Shown in pieces: positions 46,884 through 62,840 of a stretch of 64,000 nucleotides of DNA. This DNA comes from Candidatus Fimicola merdigallinarum. GTDB lineage: Bacteria > Bacillota > Clostridia > Lachnospirales > Anaerotignaceae. The notes beneath the pieces were generated by a model. The model worked only from the letters and a program-made list of their open reading frames with translations. It was not told where the DNA came from and did not search any database. The translations under genes were made by a program, and so were the position numbers. Within the stretch, counting starts at the first letter, position 1; every line of letters starts with the position of its first letter. Where the stretch lies: NCBI GenBank assembly GCA_017694425.1, contig JADIMX010000078.1:1351-65350 (forward strand), written 5' to 3'.

Positions 46884-48698
46884 ATGTCTTTAAACAGACA
46901 GGAAAAAATAAGAAACTTTTGTATTGTTGCACATATAGACCACGGTAAGTCTACATTGGCTGACCGTCTTATACAGAAAACAGGTCTTTTGACTGAAAGA
47001 GAAATGCAAGAACAGGTTCTTGACAATATGGACCTTGAAAGAGAAAGAGGAATTACAATAAAAGCTCAGGCTGTACGTCTTGTATATAAGGCTTCTGACG
47101 GGGAGGAGTATGTATTTAACCTTATAGATACACCGGGACACGTTGACTTTAATTACGAGGTTTCAAGAAGTCTTGCCGCCTGTGAGGGTGCTATACTTAT
47201 TGTAGATGCTGCACAGGGTGTAGAGGCACAGACTTTAGCAAACGTGTATCTTGCTATAGATAATAACCTTGAAATATTACCAGTTATAAATAAAATAGAC
47301 CTTCCAAGTGCTGACCCAGAAATGGCTAAAAATGAAATAGAGGACATTATAGGTATACCTGCCGAAGATGCCCCTATGATTTCTGCTAAAAACGGTATCA
47401 ACATTGAAGATGTTTTAGAGAGAATAGTTACAGACATTCCAGCTCCTAAAGGTGATGAGAATGCTCCGTTAAAAGCACTTGTATTCGACTCAGTTTATGA
47501 CCCTTATAAAGGTGTTATAGTTATTATGCGTGTCTTTGACGGTACTATTAAAAAAGGTACAAAGGTAAGAATGATGGCCACAAAGAAAGAATTTGAGGTT
47601 GTTGAAACTGGTTTCTTTGGCCCAGGTAGATTTATACCTTGTGATGAGCTTAAAGCTGGTGACGTTGGATACTTTACTGCAAGTATTAAAAATGTTGCTG
47701 ACACTCGTGTAGGTGATACTGTAACAGAGGTTAATAATCCTACACCTGAACCACTTCCAGGGTATAAAAAAGTTAATCCTATGGTTTACTGTGGTATTTT
47801 CCCAACTGACGGCTCAAAATATCCAGACCTTAGAGATGCCCTTGAGAAACTTCAGTTAAACGACGCATCACTTTTCTTCGAGCCTGAAACATCTGTAGCT
47901 TTAGGTTTCGGATTTAGATGTGGTTTCTTAGGACTTCTTCACCTTGAAATTGTTCAAGAAAGACTTGAAAGAGAGTATAACTTTGATGTAGTTACAACTG
48001 CACCTAGCGTTATATATAAGGTATACCTTACAGACGGTACAAGTATGGAAATATCAAATCCAAGTAATATGCCTGACCCAGTTAGAATTGAATATATGGA
48101 AGAACCTATTGTTCGTGCTGAGATTATGCTACCTAAAGACTATATAGGTACAATTATGGAGCTTTGTCAGCAAAGACGAGGTGAGTATATAAGTATGGAG
48201 TATCTTGACGATATAAGAGCTAGACTTATATATGAAATACCATTAAATGAGATTATATATGACTTCTTTGATGTTTTAAAATCAAGAAGTAGAGGATATG
48301 CTTCATTCGATTACTCATTAATAGGATATAAAAGGTCAGACCTTACAAAACTTGATATTCTTGTTAATCGTGAGGTTGTTGACGCCCTTTCATTTATCGT
48401 TCATACTTCATCAGCTGTTGAAAGAGGTAGAAAGATATGTGAAAAACTTAAAAAAGAAATTCCAAGACAGCTTTTTGAAATACCTATTCAGGCTGCTATC
48501 GGTAGCAAGATTATTGCTAGGGAAACTGTAAGTGCTATGAGAAAAGACGTACTTGCTAAATGTTACGGTGGTGACATTTCCCGTAAGAGAAAACTTCTTG
48601 AAAAACAGAAAGAAGGTAAAAAGAGAATGCGTCAGATTGGTAGCGTAGAAGTGCCACAGTCTGCATTTATGAGTGTTCTTAAACTTGAAGAAGAATAA
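46884..48698 (+). CDS. lepA: Elongation factor 4
   Basis: Contains [21 protein letters not shown] and DTPGHVDF. The C-terminal LepA domain ends ...[12 protein letters not shown]. Confidence 0.97.
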   Translation: MSLNRQEKIRNFCIVAHIDHGKSTLADRLIQKTGLLTEREMQEQVLDNMDLERERGITIKAQAVRLVYKASDGEEYVFNLIDTPGHVDFNYEVSRSLAACEGAILIVDAAQGVEAQTLANVYLAIDNNLEILPVINKIDLPSADPEMAKNEIEDIIGIPAEDAPMISAKNGINIEDVLERIVTDIPAPKGDENAPLKALVFDSVYDPYKGVIVIMRVFDGTIKKGTKVRMMATKKEFEVVETGFFGPGRFIPCDELKAGDVGYFTASIKNVADTRVGDTVTEVNNPTPEPLPGYKKVNPMVYCGIFPTDGSKYPDLRDALEKLQLNDASLFFEPETSVALGFGFRCGFLGLLHLEIVQERLEREYNFDVVTTAPSVIYKVYLTDGTSMEISNPSNMPDPVRIEYMEEPIVRAEIMLPKDYIGTIMELCQQRRGEYISMEYLDDIRARLIYEIPLNEIIYDFFDVLKSRSRGYASFDYSLIGYKRSDLTKLDILVNREVVDALSFIVHTSSAVERGRKICEKLKKEIPRQLFEIPIQAAIGSKIIARETVSAMRKDVLAKCYGGDISRKRKLLEKQKEGKKRMRQIGSVEVPQSAFMSVLKLEEE

Positions 48699-48703
48699 TA
48701 TTA

Positions 48704-48731
48704 GGCGACGTGATATTCACGTCGCTTTTTG
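48704..48731 (+). terminator. Rho-independent terminator of lepA
   Basis: GCGACGTG/CACGTCGC stem followed by a T-run. Confidence 0.85.
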
Positions 48732-48738
48732 TGTATAA

Positions 48739-48997
48739 AATATAGATTTAGTTAATTCATATCCTGATATTACAGATGAAGAGAAGGATATATTAAGGTA
48801 TATAGCTGAAAGTGGTAAACCTCAGTCTGTTAACAGTATAAAGTATAGAATAGGTATTACAGAGTATAAGACAAGAAATACTATACGTAATTTAGAGAAA
48901 AAGATTGATTATAAAAATGGGAAATGGTCCATCAACTAAGTATATGATATCCATTAATAGCATTGATTATTTAGCATCATTACAGTTGATAAAATAA
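48739..48997 (+). pseudogene. Remnant of the C-terminal winged-helix domain of a larger regulator/ATPase-type protein, frameshifted
   Basis: An open frame with no start codon reads PDITDEEKDILRYIAESGKPQSVNSIKYRIGITEYKTRNTIRNLEKK. The +1 frame continues RLIIKMGNGPSTKYMIS, the typical end of such wHTH domains. The shift lies at an A-run near 48898-48902. Confidence 0.4.
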
Positions 48998-49569
48998 AAA
49001 GTGAAATAATTAAAAGATAACTTGTGATTATCTTATGAAAATCTTTTGATTTTTAATATATTTTAAGGTGATGTATATATTACATCATTTTTTTTATATA
49101 TTGTGGTTACAAGAATATGAGTTATATTTAACATAAATTGTTTTTGTGAATATATAACAATTTGTTATACATAATATAATAATAAATTTGTGATAAAAAA
49201 CAACAAAAATATTACGTTAAAACTAAGGAATAAACAGCTATTTTTATTCGTTCAAAACGAACATTACAAAAAATGTATATATTTTAATGCAATACAAGTG
49301 TAAAAATGTGTAAATTAACAACAAATTTAACATATTTTTATGCCTATATACACTAATATATCTAAAAAACTCTATAGATTGACAGGGGTTATCTTGAATG
49401 ATAGTATTTAATTTAATAATTTATAGGAAGTGGTTTGACATAATTTTATAATATCTTTTTTGCATAAAATTGGTGTGAACTTTTGTGTTGCATATTATTT
49501 TTTGGCATTATAACGATTACCATTTATTCTATAAATTTTGATTTAAAATATCAAAAGGAGGTAAGTGTG

Positions 49570-50512
<943 letters not shown>

Positions 50513-50529
50513 TAAGGAGGCGTTTTTTT

Positions 50530-51012
50530 ATGTTGACGCTGAATTGGAATATAATTTGGATATTTGTAAACTTAATAGTTTTATATCTTCTTCTTAATAA
50601 GTTTTTATTTGGGAGAGTTCAAGATATTCTTAAGCAGAGAGAGGAACTTATAAACAGTAGCATTGAAAGTGCTAAGGCTAATGAGGAAATAGCTAAGGAA
50701 AATGTAGTTAAAGCACAGGCTATGGTTGACAATGCCAAAAAAGAGGCAGAAGAAAAAGCTAATAGTATAATCGAAAAGGCTAAGAAAGAAGAAAAAGAAC
50801 GTATAGAAGCATCTGAAAATGAGGCTAGACGTATTTTAAAAGAAACAAGAGAAATAGCAGAAATAGAGAGAAATAGAATTCTTGCCGAGGCCAAAGACGA
50901 TATGGTTACTATGGCTATGCTTACAGCTAGAAAAGCTGTTGGTACTATGGATAATGAGGAAAAAGAGAGAGAGCTTTTTGAAGATTTGCTTAAGAAGGTG
51001 GGAGATGCGTGA
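50530..51012 (+). CDS. atpF: F0F1 ATP synthase subunit b
   Basis: One N-terminal TM helix followed by a long charged helix. 160 aa. Confidence 0.9.
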   Translation: MLTLNWNIIWIFVNLIVLYLLLNKFLFGRVQDILKQREELINSSIESAKANEEIAKENVVKAQAMVDNAKKEAEEKANSIIEKAKKEEKERIEASENEARRILKETREIAEIERNRILAEAKDDMVTMAMLTARKAVGTMDNEEKERELFEDLLKKVGDA

Positions 51013-52773
51013 TGGCAGAGAACTTTACAAAGAAATTTTTTGAGGAAAATCGTATTTTGAAGGCAACTATTCATTATGCAAAAAGACCTTCTGACAACGA
51101 TTTAAATCAGTTAAAGAATATATTATTAAAAACATATGATGCAACAGAGGTAATATTAGAAGAACGCCAGAATGATGAAATTCTCGGTGGTTATTTATTA
51201 CAGGTAGGGGATAAAGTATTTGACAATACTTATAAACTTACATTTGATACTCTTGAGCGTCAGCTTAGAAAAGAAAAGGGTAAAGAGGACATTATATCAA
51301 TAATGAAAAGTGATATAAATGGCTTTGAAGGTGAGTTTTCCATTGAGGAAGGTGGATACATACACAGTATTCACGATGGAATAGTTTCTGTAAAAGGCAT
51401 TTCTAAAGCTATGTATGGAGAGATTGTTCTTTTTGAAAATGGTATTAAAGGATTAGTTCAGAACATAGATGAAAGCGAAGTTTTATGTATCGTTCTCGGT
51501 GACGAGGAAACTTTAACAGAGGGAAATCGTGTTATAAGAACTAAAAGAAGAGCCGGTATACCAGTAGGTGAGGGATTACTTGGTCGAGTTGTAGATGCTT
51601 TAGGTGCGCCTATTGACGGTAAAGGCGAGATTAAAACTGATGACTGGTACACACTTGAGAGAAAAGCTCCTAGTGTAATTGATAGACAGTCAGTAAATGT
51701 ACCTTTACAGACAGGTATTATGTCTATTGACTCTATGTTCCCTATCGGTAGAGGTCAGAGAGAGCTTATAATCGGTGATAGACAGACAGGTAAAACTTCT
51801 ATTGCCATTGACACTATAATAAATCAGAAAAATGAAGATGTTATCTGTGTTTACGTTGCTATTGGTCAGAAGGCTTCTACAATAGCACAGGTTATATCAA
51901 ACCTTAAAAAACACAAAGCTTTAGACTATACAGTTGTTGTTACAGCAAATGCTAGTGCACCGGCATCATTACAGTATCTTGCACCATACTCAGGTACTGC
52001 TATTGCAGAGTACTTTATGGAAAAAGGTAAAGATGTTCTTATTGTATATGATGATTTATCAAAACACGCAGTAGCTTATCGTGCTTTATCATTACTTTTA
52101 GAGCGTTCTCCAGGACGTGAGGCTTACCCAGGTGACGTATTCTATCTTCACTCAAGACTTTTAGAGCGTTCTTGCCGTCTTGATGAGGCTCACGGTGGCG
52201 GTTCTATAACAGCTTTACCTATAATTGAAACTCAGGCCGGCGACGTTTCAGCTTATATACCTACAAACGTTATATCTATTACAGATGGTCAGATTTTCCT
52301 TGAAAGTGACTTATTCTATGAGGGTATCCGTCCTGCTGTAAACGTAGGTCTTTCTGTATCTCGTGTTGGTGGTGCAGCACAGACAAAGGCTATAAAAGCG
52401 GTTAGCGGTACACTTCGTATTGACTTAGCACAGTATAAAGAGATTGAGTCATTCTCACAGTTTAGCTCTGAGCTTGACGCAAGTACAGTACAGCAGATAG
52501 AATACGGAAAACAGCTTACAGAATTACTTATACAGCCTTTATATAGACCTAAATCATTATCAAAACAGGTGGTTTCACTTTGCATTGGTACAAGCAAAAA
52601 ACTTTTAGGTATACCTAAGGAGAAAGTAAGTAAATTTGTTGAAGATTTCTATGAATATTTAGAAGAAACTTCTGCTGATATGATTAATGATATATTAACT
52701 ACTAAAAAGTTTACTGATGAACAGAAACAGGAAGTTTTATCTAAGTTAGAAGAATATAAGAAGGAGCAGGGAT

Positions 52774-52787
<14 letters not shown>
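51012..52787 (+). CDS. atpA: F0F1 ATP synthase subunit alpha with an N-terminal delta(OSCP) C-terminal-domain-like extension
   Basis: 591 aa. Residues about 1-90 resemble the C-terminal half of delta (LGGYLLQVGDKVFDNT...LERQL). The rest is full-length alpha (GRGQRELIIGDRQTGKT Walker A). The ATG overlaps the atpF stop (GTGATGG). Confidence 0.85.
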
Positions 52788-55093
<2,306 letters not shown>

Positions 55094-55113
55094 TATAGAA
55101 GGGGGAGAGATTT

Positions 55114-55518
55114 ATGCAATTTAATTTGAAAATTTCTTCTAGTAGTGGTCTTTTTTATGACGGACCTTGTGATAGCTTAGTTGTGCCTACCCTTGACGGT
55201 GAGTATGGTATACTTGCAAACCATTCATCTATGGTAATAGGTGTTACTGTAGGTATTTTGCGTTATCGTACAGAGGATAAGTGGAAATATGTTGCAGTAG
55301 GAGAGGGTTTTGCGCGTGTTGTAGGTAATACAGTTACTATGGTTTTAGATAGTGCTGAAAGACCTGAAGATGTAGATGCAAAACGTGCTGAGGAAGCTAG
55401 ACAGCGTGCCGAGGAGCGTATTGCCCTTAAAGAGAGCCGTAAAGAATACTATCGTGGTCAGATGGCTATGGCTAGAGCTAGAACACGACTTAAAATTAAA
55501 GAGAAAAAATTTATGTAA
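55114..55518 (+). CDS. atpC: F0F1 ATP synthase subunit epsilon
   Basis: 134 aa. Beta-sandwich domain plus a C-terminal helical hairpin. Last gene of the operon. Confidence 0.9.
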   Translation: MQFNLKISSSSGLFYDGPCDSLVVPTLDGEYGILANHSSMVIGVTVGILRYRTEDKWKYVAVGEGFARVVGNTVTMVLDSAERPEDVDAKRAEEARQRAEERIALKESRKEYYRGQMAMARARTRLKIKEKKFM

Positions 55519-55524
55519 TAGAAA

Positions 55525-55556
55525 GGTCATACGTCTTTTAGGCGTATGGCTTTTTT
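55525..55556 (+). terminator. Rho-independent terminator of the atp operon
   Basis: GTCATACGTC/GGCGTATGGC stem (with G-U pairs) followed by T6. Confidence 0.7.
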
Positions 55557-55990
55557 GTTGCCGAATAGGTTAGATATAAAATATGGGTTATGTTTTGTTA
55601 GCTGAAAATTATTACGGAAAAATAAAAATATCCTATTATAGAATATAATTGCTTTGATAACCCCAAATTATAAAATAGTAGTGTAGTTGTCAGACTATTC
55701 AGTGTTAGAGGCTTATAATAATAAAAAACTCTTGTAGGACTTGAGTAAAAAAACTCTTTTAACGGGTGGTTTTGATTATTATATATTAACACCTATTCTA
55801 GGGATATAATGGATTTATATTTAAATATTAAGACATAGGTATTGCTTTTACTTGGAAAAATCTATATGAATAAGAGTTAAGTAAACAATAGTATGAAAAT
55901 GATTATATCCTGTGATACATAAAATAGGGTTGTAAATATATTATATTTTGGTAAACTCTATTTATAATTAAAAATAAAGGGGGTTTTATA

Positions 55991-57127
55991 TTGAAGCCTT
56001 TAAGTTTATATATACATATACCTTTTTGTGTGAAAAAATGCTTTTACTGTGATTTTCCATCATACGGTGGTCTTGAGAATATTTTTGATGATTATGTAAA
56101 TTCTCTTATAATGGAAATGAAAGAAACTAAAAATTCATTTTCCGACTATGAGATGAAGTCTATATTTTTCGGTGGTGGTACTCCGTCTATACTTCCTTTT
56201 AAACTTACAGGAAAGATTATGGATACTATTTTTTCTAGTTTTAATGTAGCTAACGACTGCGAGATTACAACGGAGGCGAACCCTAAAACTGTAGATGATG
56301 TTAAGTTAAGGGAATATAAGGCTATGGATATAAATAGGCTTAGTTTCGGTGTTCAGGCTTGGCAGGATAAAATACTTAAATCTTTAGGGCGAGTGCATAC
56401 AATAGACGATTTTGTAAGAAATATGGCGCAAGCGAAAGACGTTGGCTTTAAAAATATAAATGCTGATATTATGTTTGCACTTCCTAATCAAACTATATCT
56501 GACTGGGAGGAAACTGTGGAAAAGGTTATTAAGCTAGAGCCTACCCATATTTCGGCTTACAGCCTTATTATAGAAGATGGAACTCTTTTCGGTAAAATGT
56601 ATGACGAGGGAAATCTTAAACCTTGTGATGAGGTTTTAGACAGGAAAATGTATGAGTTGGCAAAGGAAATGCTTAGAGATAAAGGGTATCATCAGTATGA
56701 AATATCTAACTTTGCTAAAACTGGTTTTGAATGTTATCACAACAAGGTTTATTGGAAATGTGATGAGTATATTGGTTATGGATTAGGTTCCCACTCCTAT
56801 TTTAACGGTGAAAGATTTAATAATACTTATGATATGGATAAGTATATAAGAGCTAAGGGGAATTTTTCTACTATAAAGGAAAGTGTGGAGAAGTTAGATG
56901 AAAAGGATATGTATGCCGAATTTATGTTTATGGGTCTTAGAATGACTGAGGGTATAGAGAAGAAAAGATTTTTTGAAAAATTTAAAAAAACTGCGTATGA
57001 TATTTACGGTAACGAGATAAAACATCTTAAAGAGGTTAATCTTATTGAAGAAACAGACAGCAATATAAGGCTTACAGATAAGGGTGTTGATGTTTCAAAT
57101 ACAGTTTTTGAAAAATTTATAATTTAA
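55991..57127 (+). CDS. hemW: Radical SAM heme chaperone HemW (HemN-like)
   Basis: TTG start behind AAAGGGGG. Contains the CVKKCFYCDF radical-SAM CxxxCxxC motif. Its position upstream of hrcA is conserved in Firmicutes. Confidence 0.9.
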   Translation: MKPLSLYIHIPFCVKKCFYCDFPSYGGLENIFDDYVNSLIMEMKETKNSFSDYEMKSIFFGGGTPSILPFKLTGKIMDTIFSSFNVANDCEITTEANPKTVDDVKLREYKAMDINRLSFGVQAWQDKILKSLGRVHTIDDFVRNMAQAKDVGFKNINADIMFALPNQTISDWEETVEKVIKLEPTHISAYSLIIEDGTLFGKMYDEGNLKPCDEVLDRKMYELAKEMLRDKGYHQYEISNFAKTGFECYHNKVYWKCDEYIGYGLGSHSYFNGERFNNTYDMDKYIRAKGNFSTIKESVEKLDEKDMYAEFMFMGLRMTEGIEKKRFFEKFKKTAYDIYGNEIKHLKEVNLIEETDSNIRLTDKGVDVSNTVFEKFII

Positions 57128-57232
57128 ATGAATACTTTTTAAAATTGTTGCGTATATATTAATACAAAAAGATATAAAAATTAAAAAATCACTTGACATT
57201 ATTGCCGTCAAGTGATATTTTAAGAGTATGAC

Positions 57233-57259
57233 TTAGCACTCATACAAAGTGAGTGCTAA
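57233..57259. promoter_or_regulatory. CIRCE operator (HrcA binding site)
   Basis: TTAGCACTC-N9-GAGTGCTAA, a perfect match to the consensus. It lies just downstream of a TTGACA (57193-57198)-17-TATTTT promoter and upstream of hrcA. Confidence 0.9.
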
Positions 57260-57285
57260 CAAAATTAAAAATAGGGGGTTTGGAA

Positions 57286-58335
57286 ATGGCTTTAAATGAA
57301 AGAAAAATAAAGATTTTAAAAGCTATTATAAGTGACTATATAGCTACTGCTGAGCCTGTTGGTTCCCGAACCCTTGCTAAAAAGTATGATTTGGGAGTTA
57401 GCTCAGCTACCATAAGAAATGAAATGAGTGACCTTGAGGATATGGGTTTTATAATTCAGCCCCATACATCGGCAGGTCGTGTACCTTCAGAATTAGGATA
57501 CAGACTTTACGTTGATAGGCTTATGAATAGAAGTGAGCTTACACTTGAGGAACAAGAATTTCTACACAATGTGGTTTCAAGAAATACTAACAGGATAGAT
57601 TATCTTATGGAGGAAACTGCTAAGGTTTTATCTTTTTTGACAAATTATACAACGGTAATATCTGAGCCTGTGCTTAAAGCTACAACACTAAAACAAATAA
57701 GGCTTATGCCTCTTGATAATAGCTCTATAATGCTTATAATCGTTACGGAGGGTAACTTCGTTAAAAACCATATAATACGAGTTAACCAAGCTCCTAGCGA
57801 GGAGGAACTTTTTTCTGTTTCCATTAAGATTAATAACATATTAAAAGGGCATACCCTTGAGGATATTAACGAGAATACGATAATTGCACTTCAAAAGGAG
57901 CTTAAAGAGTATGGTGGACTTTTAAGTCCGGTGCTTAAAGCGGTACAAAAAACTATACGCTCTGCTGAGAATGTTCATATTCATATGAGTGGTGCTAGAA
58001 ATATTCTTGCTTTTCCTGAGTTTAGTGATGTGTCAAAGGCTAAGGAATTATTTAGAGCATTTGAAGAAAAAAATAGTCTTGTGAGTCTTCTTGAAAATTC
58101 ATCTAAAAGTGATGATATAAAAATACTCATAGGAAATGAGATAAACATAGAAGAAATGAAGGACTGTAGTGTTATAACAACAACGTATCGTATGGGTGAC
58201 GGTAAGACCAAAGGTAGTATTGGTATTATAGGACCTACACGAATGAATTATGACCAAGTTGTTTCAGTTCTTAATGAAATGGTTAAAAATATTGAAAATG
58301 TATTGAAATCCGTTCCTGAGGGTAAAAATACATAG
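57286..58335 (+). CDS. hrcA: Heat-inducible transcription repressor HrcA
   Basis: Begins MALNERKIKILKAIISDYIATAEPVGSRTL. Followed by grpE-dnaK-dnaJ. Confidence 0.92.
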   Translation: MALNERKIKILKAIISDYIATAEPVGSRTLAKKYDLGVSSATIRNEMSDLEDMGFIIQPHTSAGRVPSELGYRLYVDRLMNRSELTLEEQEFLHNVVSRNTNRIDYLMEETAKVLSFLTNYTTVISEPVLKATTLKQIRLMPLDNSSIMLIIVTEGNFVKNHIIRVNQAPSEEELFSVSIKINNILKGHTLEDINENTIIALQKELKEYGGLLSPVLKAVQKTIRSAENVHIHMSGARNILAFPEFSDVSKAKELFRAFEEKNSLVSLLENSSKSDDIKILIGNEINIEEMKDCSVITTTYRMGDGKTKGSIGIIGPTRMNYDQVVSVLNEMVKNIENVLKSVPEGKNT

Positions 58336-58348
58336 TGGAGGTTTTTAG

Positions 58349-58897
58349 ATGGAAGAAAATAAGAATATGACTGAAGAAGAAAAAATTATTGATGAATGTG
58401 AAGAAACTATTGAAAAAGCTGACGAGGAAATCTTAGAAGAGTTTAATACTTCTGAAGATGAACTTAAAGAGGCTATTGCTAAAGCTGATGAATATCTTGA
58501 CAAATATCAGCGTACACTTGCCGAGTTTGACAACTTTAGAAAAAGAACTTCTAAAGAGAAAGCAAGTATGTATGATGACGGTATCAGAGATACAGTTTTA
58601 AAACTTCTTCCGGTTGTTGATAATTTTGAAAGAGCCATATCATCTTGTCAGAACACAGATGACGGTTTCTACAAAGGTATTGAAATGATACTTAAACAGT
58701 TTAAAGAAATATTTACATCTATGGGTGTAGAGGAGATACCGGCTGTTGGCGAGAAGTTCGACCCTAATCTTCACTCTGCTGTTGCCCACGAGGATAACGA
58801 GGAGTATGGCGAAAATGAGATTATGGTTGAAATGCTTAAGGGATATAAGCATAAGGACAAAGTTATTCGCCATAGTATGGTAAAGGTTGCTAACTAA
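58349..58897 (+). CDS. grpE: Nucleotide exchange factor GrpE
   Basis: LAEFDNFRKR motif and C-terminal beta domain. Confidence 0.95.
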   Translation: MEENKNMTEEEKIIDECEETIEKADEEILEEFNTSEDELKEAIAKADEYLDKYQRTLAEFDNFRKRTSKEKASMYDDGIRDTVLKLLPVVDNFERAISSCQNTDDGFYKGIEMILKQFKEIFTSMGVEEIPAVGEKFDPNLHSAVAHEDNEEYGENEIMVEMLKGYKHKDKVIRHSMVKVAN

Positions 58898-58922
58898 TAT
58901 TTATATATAAATTTTTGAATAA

Positions 58923-60806
<1,884 letters not shown>

Positions 60807-60944
60807 AATAAAGAATAGCTTTTAGGCTATGACCCTAAAAAATGAAAAAGGGGCAGGTGGTAGTGCCTGTTCCCTTTTTTAAATGATTAAAAATAGTGTA
60901 TATTTTATATACATAATTCGAATTTTTAAGGCTGGTGAGAAATT

Positions 60945-62096
60945 TTGGCAAATAAACGTGATTATTATGAGGTGCTTGGCGTTAGCAAGGGGGCAAGTGA
61001 TGCTGAGATAAAAAAGGCATATAGAAAACTTGCTAAAAAATATCACCCAGATGCTAACCCTGGAGATAAAGAGGCTGAGGCTAAGTTTAAAGAGCTTGGA
61101 GAGGCTTATGAGGTTTTAAGTGACCCGCAGAAAAAAGCTCAGTACGACCAGTTCGGTCATTCTGCCTTTGAACAAGGTGGCTTTGGTGGAGGCGGTGGCT
61201 TCTACGGTGGCGGAATGGAATTTGATATGGGCGATATCTTCGATATGTTCGGTTTTGGTGGTTTCGGTGGTTCTGGTGCAGGGCAGAGAAGAAATGGACC
61301 AAAACGTGGAGATGACATACACGTTTCTATATCAATAACATTTGAAGAGGCTGTTTTCGGTGCTAAGAAAGAAATACAGATTAATGTTATAGATAAGTGT
61401 GAAACTTGTGATGGTAGTGGCGCTAAACCGGGAACTCACGCTGAAACTTGTAAAAGATGTAACGGTACAGGTCAGGAAAGAGTTGTTAAACAGTCTATGT
61501 TCGGTGCTGTTACAAGCGTTAGAACTTGTTCAGCTTGTGGTGGTACTGGAAAAACTGTTAAAGACCCTTGTACATCTTGTAACGGTACTGGAAAAGTTAA
61601 AAAACAGAAAAATATTGAGGTTAATATTCCTAAAGGTATCGACAATGGTCAGACAGTACGTCTTGCCGGCAAAGGTAATGCAGGAGAAATGGGTGGACAA
61701 AATGGCGATATCCTTGTAACTGTATATATACAACCACACAGAATGTTTAAAAGACAGGGTAACAACATTTACAGCAATGTAGAGATAAACTTTGTTGATG
61801 CTAGTTTAGGTGCAGAAATAACTATACCTACTATTGATGGCGAGGAGAAATACACTGTAAAAGCTGGTACACAGCCTGATACAAACGTGGTTTTAAGAGG
61901 TAAAGGTGTTCCTAATGTTAGAAACCCTAGGGTAAGAGGTGACCATATTGTCACATTAAAAGTTAAGATACCTACTGATATGTCTGAAAGACAGAAAGAC
62001 CTTCTTCGTCAGTTCTACGGTGGACCAACTGCCAGTGATGAACATAGCGAGAAGAAAGGTTTCTTTGAAAAGTTTAAGGATTCTTTTAAAGATTAA
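60945..62096 (+). CDS. dnaJ: Molecular chaperone DnaJ
   Basis: TTG start. J-domain HPD, a G/F region and four CxxCxGxG zinc motifs. Confidence 0.97.
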   Translation: MANKRDYYEVLGVSKGASDAEIKKAYRKLAKKYHPDANPGDKEAEAKFKELGEAYEVLSDPQKKAQYDQFGHSAFEQGGFGGGGGFYGGGMEFDMGDIFDMFGFGGFGGSGAGQRRNGPKRGDDIHVSISITFEEAVFGAKKEIQINVIDKCETCDGSGAKPGTHAETCKRCNGTGQERVVKQSMFGAVTSVRTCSACGGTGKTVKDPCTSCNGTGKVKKQKNIEVNIPKGIDNGQTVRLAGKGNAGEMGGQNGDILVTVYIQPHRMFKRQGNNIYSNVEINFVDASLGAEITIPTIDGEEKYTVKAGTQPDTNVVLRGKGVPNVRNPRVRGDHIVTLKVKIPTDMSERQKDLLRQFYGGPTASDEHSEKKGFFEKFKDSFKD

Positions 62097-62108
62097 GGGG
62101 GTATATCA

Positions 62109-62363
62109 ATGAAACACGAGTATAAAACAAGTGGTGTATGTGCTATGAAAATTGACTTTGAGGTGGAGGATAATAAACTTAAAAATGTAGTTTATTACGG
62201 TGGTTGTAACGGAAACCTTAAAGGTATTTCTAGCCTTCTTGAGGGAATGGATATTGACGAGGCTATTCCTAAACTTGAAGGTCTTACTTGTGGAATGAAG
62301 AAAACAAGTTGCCCAGACCAACTTGCACAGGCTTTAAAGGCTTATAAAAACGGCGAGATTTAA
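62109..62363 (+). CDS. TSCPD-domain small protein (TIGR03905-like)
   Basis: 84 aa with GGCNGNLKG and KKTSCPDQLA motifs. Confidence 0.7.
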   Translation: MKHEYKTSGVCAMKIDFEVEDNKLKNVVYYGGCNGNLKGISSLLEGMDIDEAIPKLEGLTCGMKKTSCPDQLAQALKAYKNGEI

Positions 62364-62657
62364 AAAATTACGCACCCTTTGGGTGCGTTTTTATATATAA
62401 ATTCTTTTTATACATTAATTTTATATAAATAAAACACCAAAAACTGTAAGTCTATTATATAATTTATATCAAATTATAAAAATATCTTTAAATGTGTTTA
62501 CATAAATGTCATTGTGATGTATTATAAGTAGGCTGAAATGCTGATTTTATGGCATAAATTTGTATTGACAAAACACTGTTACTGTGATAAATTTATTGAT
62601 AGAAAGACGTAAGTCTTTTTTTTATGCAAAAATTTGTATTAATCGGAGGTGGAAGTG

Positions 62658-62807
62658 TTGAGAACAAGAATTACCTTAGCTTGCACAGAATGTAAGCAGA
62701 GAAACTACAGCACAACTAAAGACAAAAAAACTCAGCCAGACAGAATGGAAATCAAAAAATACTGTAAATTCTGTAAGGCTCACACATTACACAAGGAAAC
62801 TAAGTAA
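62658..62807 (+). CDS. rpmG: 50S ribosomal protein L33
   Basis: Not in the ORF track because it is short with a TTG/GTG start. Manual translation gives (M)[59 protein letters not shown]. Followed by secE-nusG. Confidence 0.85.
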   Translation: MRTRITLACTECKQRNYSTTKDKKTQPDRMEIKKYCKFCKAHTLHKETK

Positions 62808-62840
62808 TGTGCTTACAACCTGAAGAGGGAAGTGAAAACA

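Noticed and set aside
50619-51074. A 151-aa antisense ORF over atpF. Similar long shadow ORFs occur over the ytvI-like gene (38141-38653), tsaC (11807-12583), dnaK (60248-60670) and dnaJ (61087-61954).
   Set aside because: These are shadow ORFs opposite well-supported conserved genes, with low-complexity translations and no RBS.
62565-62627. A promoter-like TTGACA followed by a short AAAGAC-GTAA-GTCTTT hairpin plus T8 upstream of rpmG, which might be an attenuator or leader.
   Set aside because: The stem is only about 6 bp and mostly A-U. It may simply be a weak terminator for upstream transcription. There is no recognisable ribosomal-protein leader fold.
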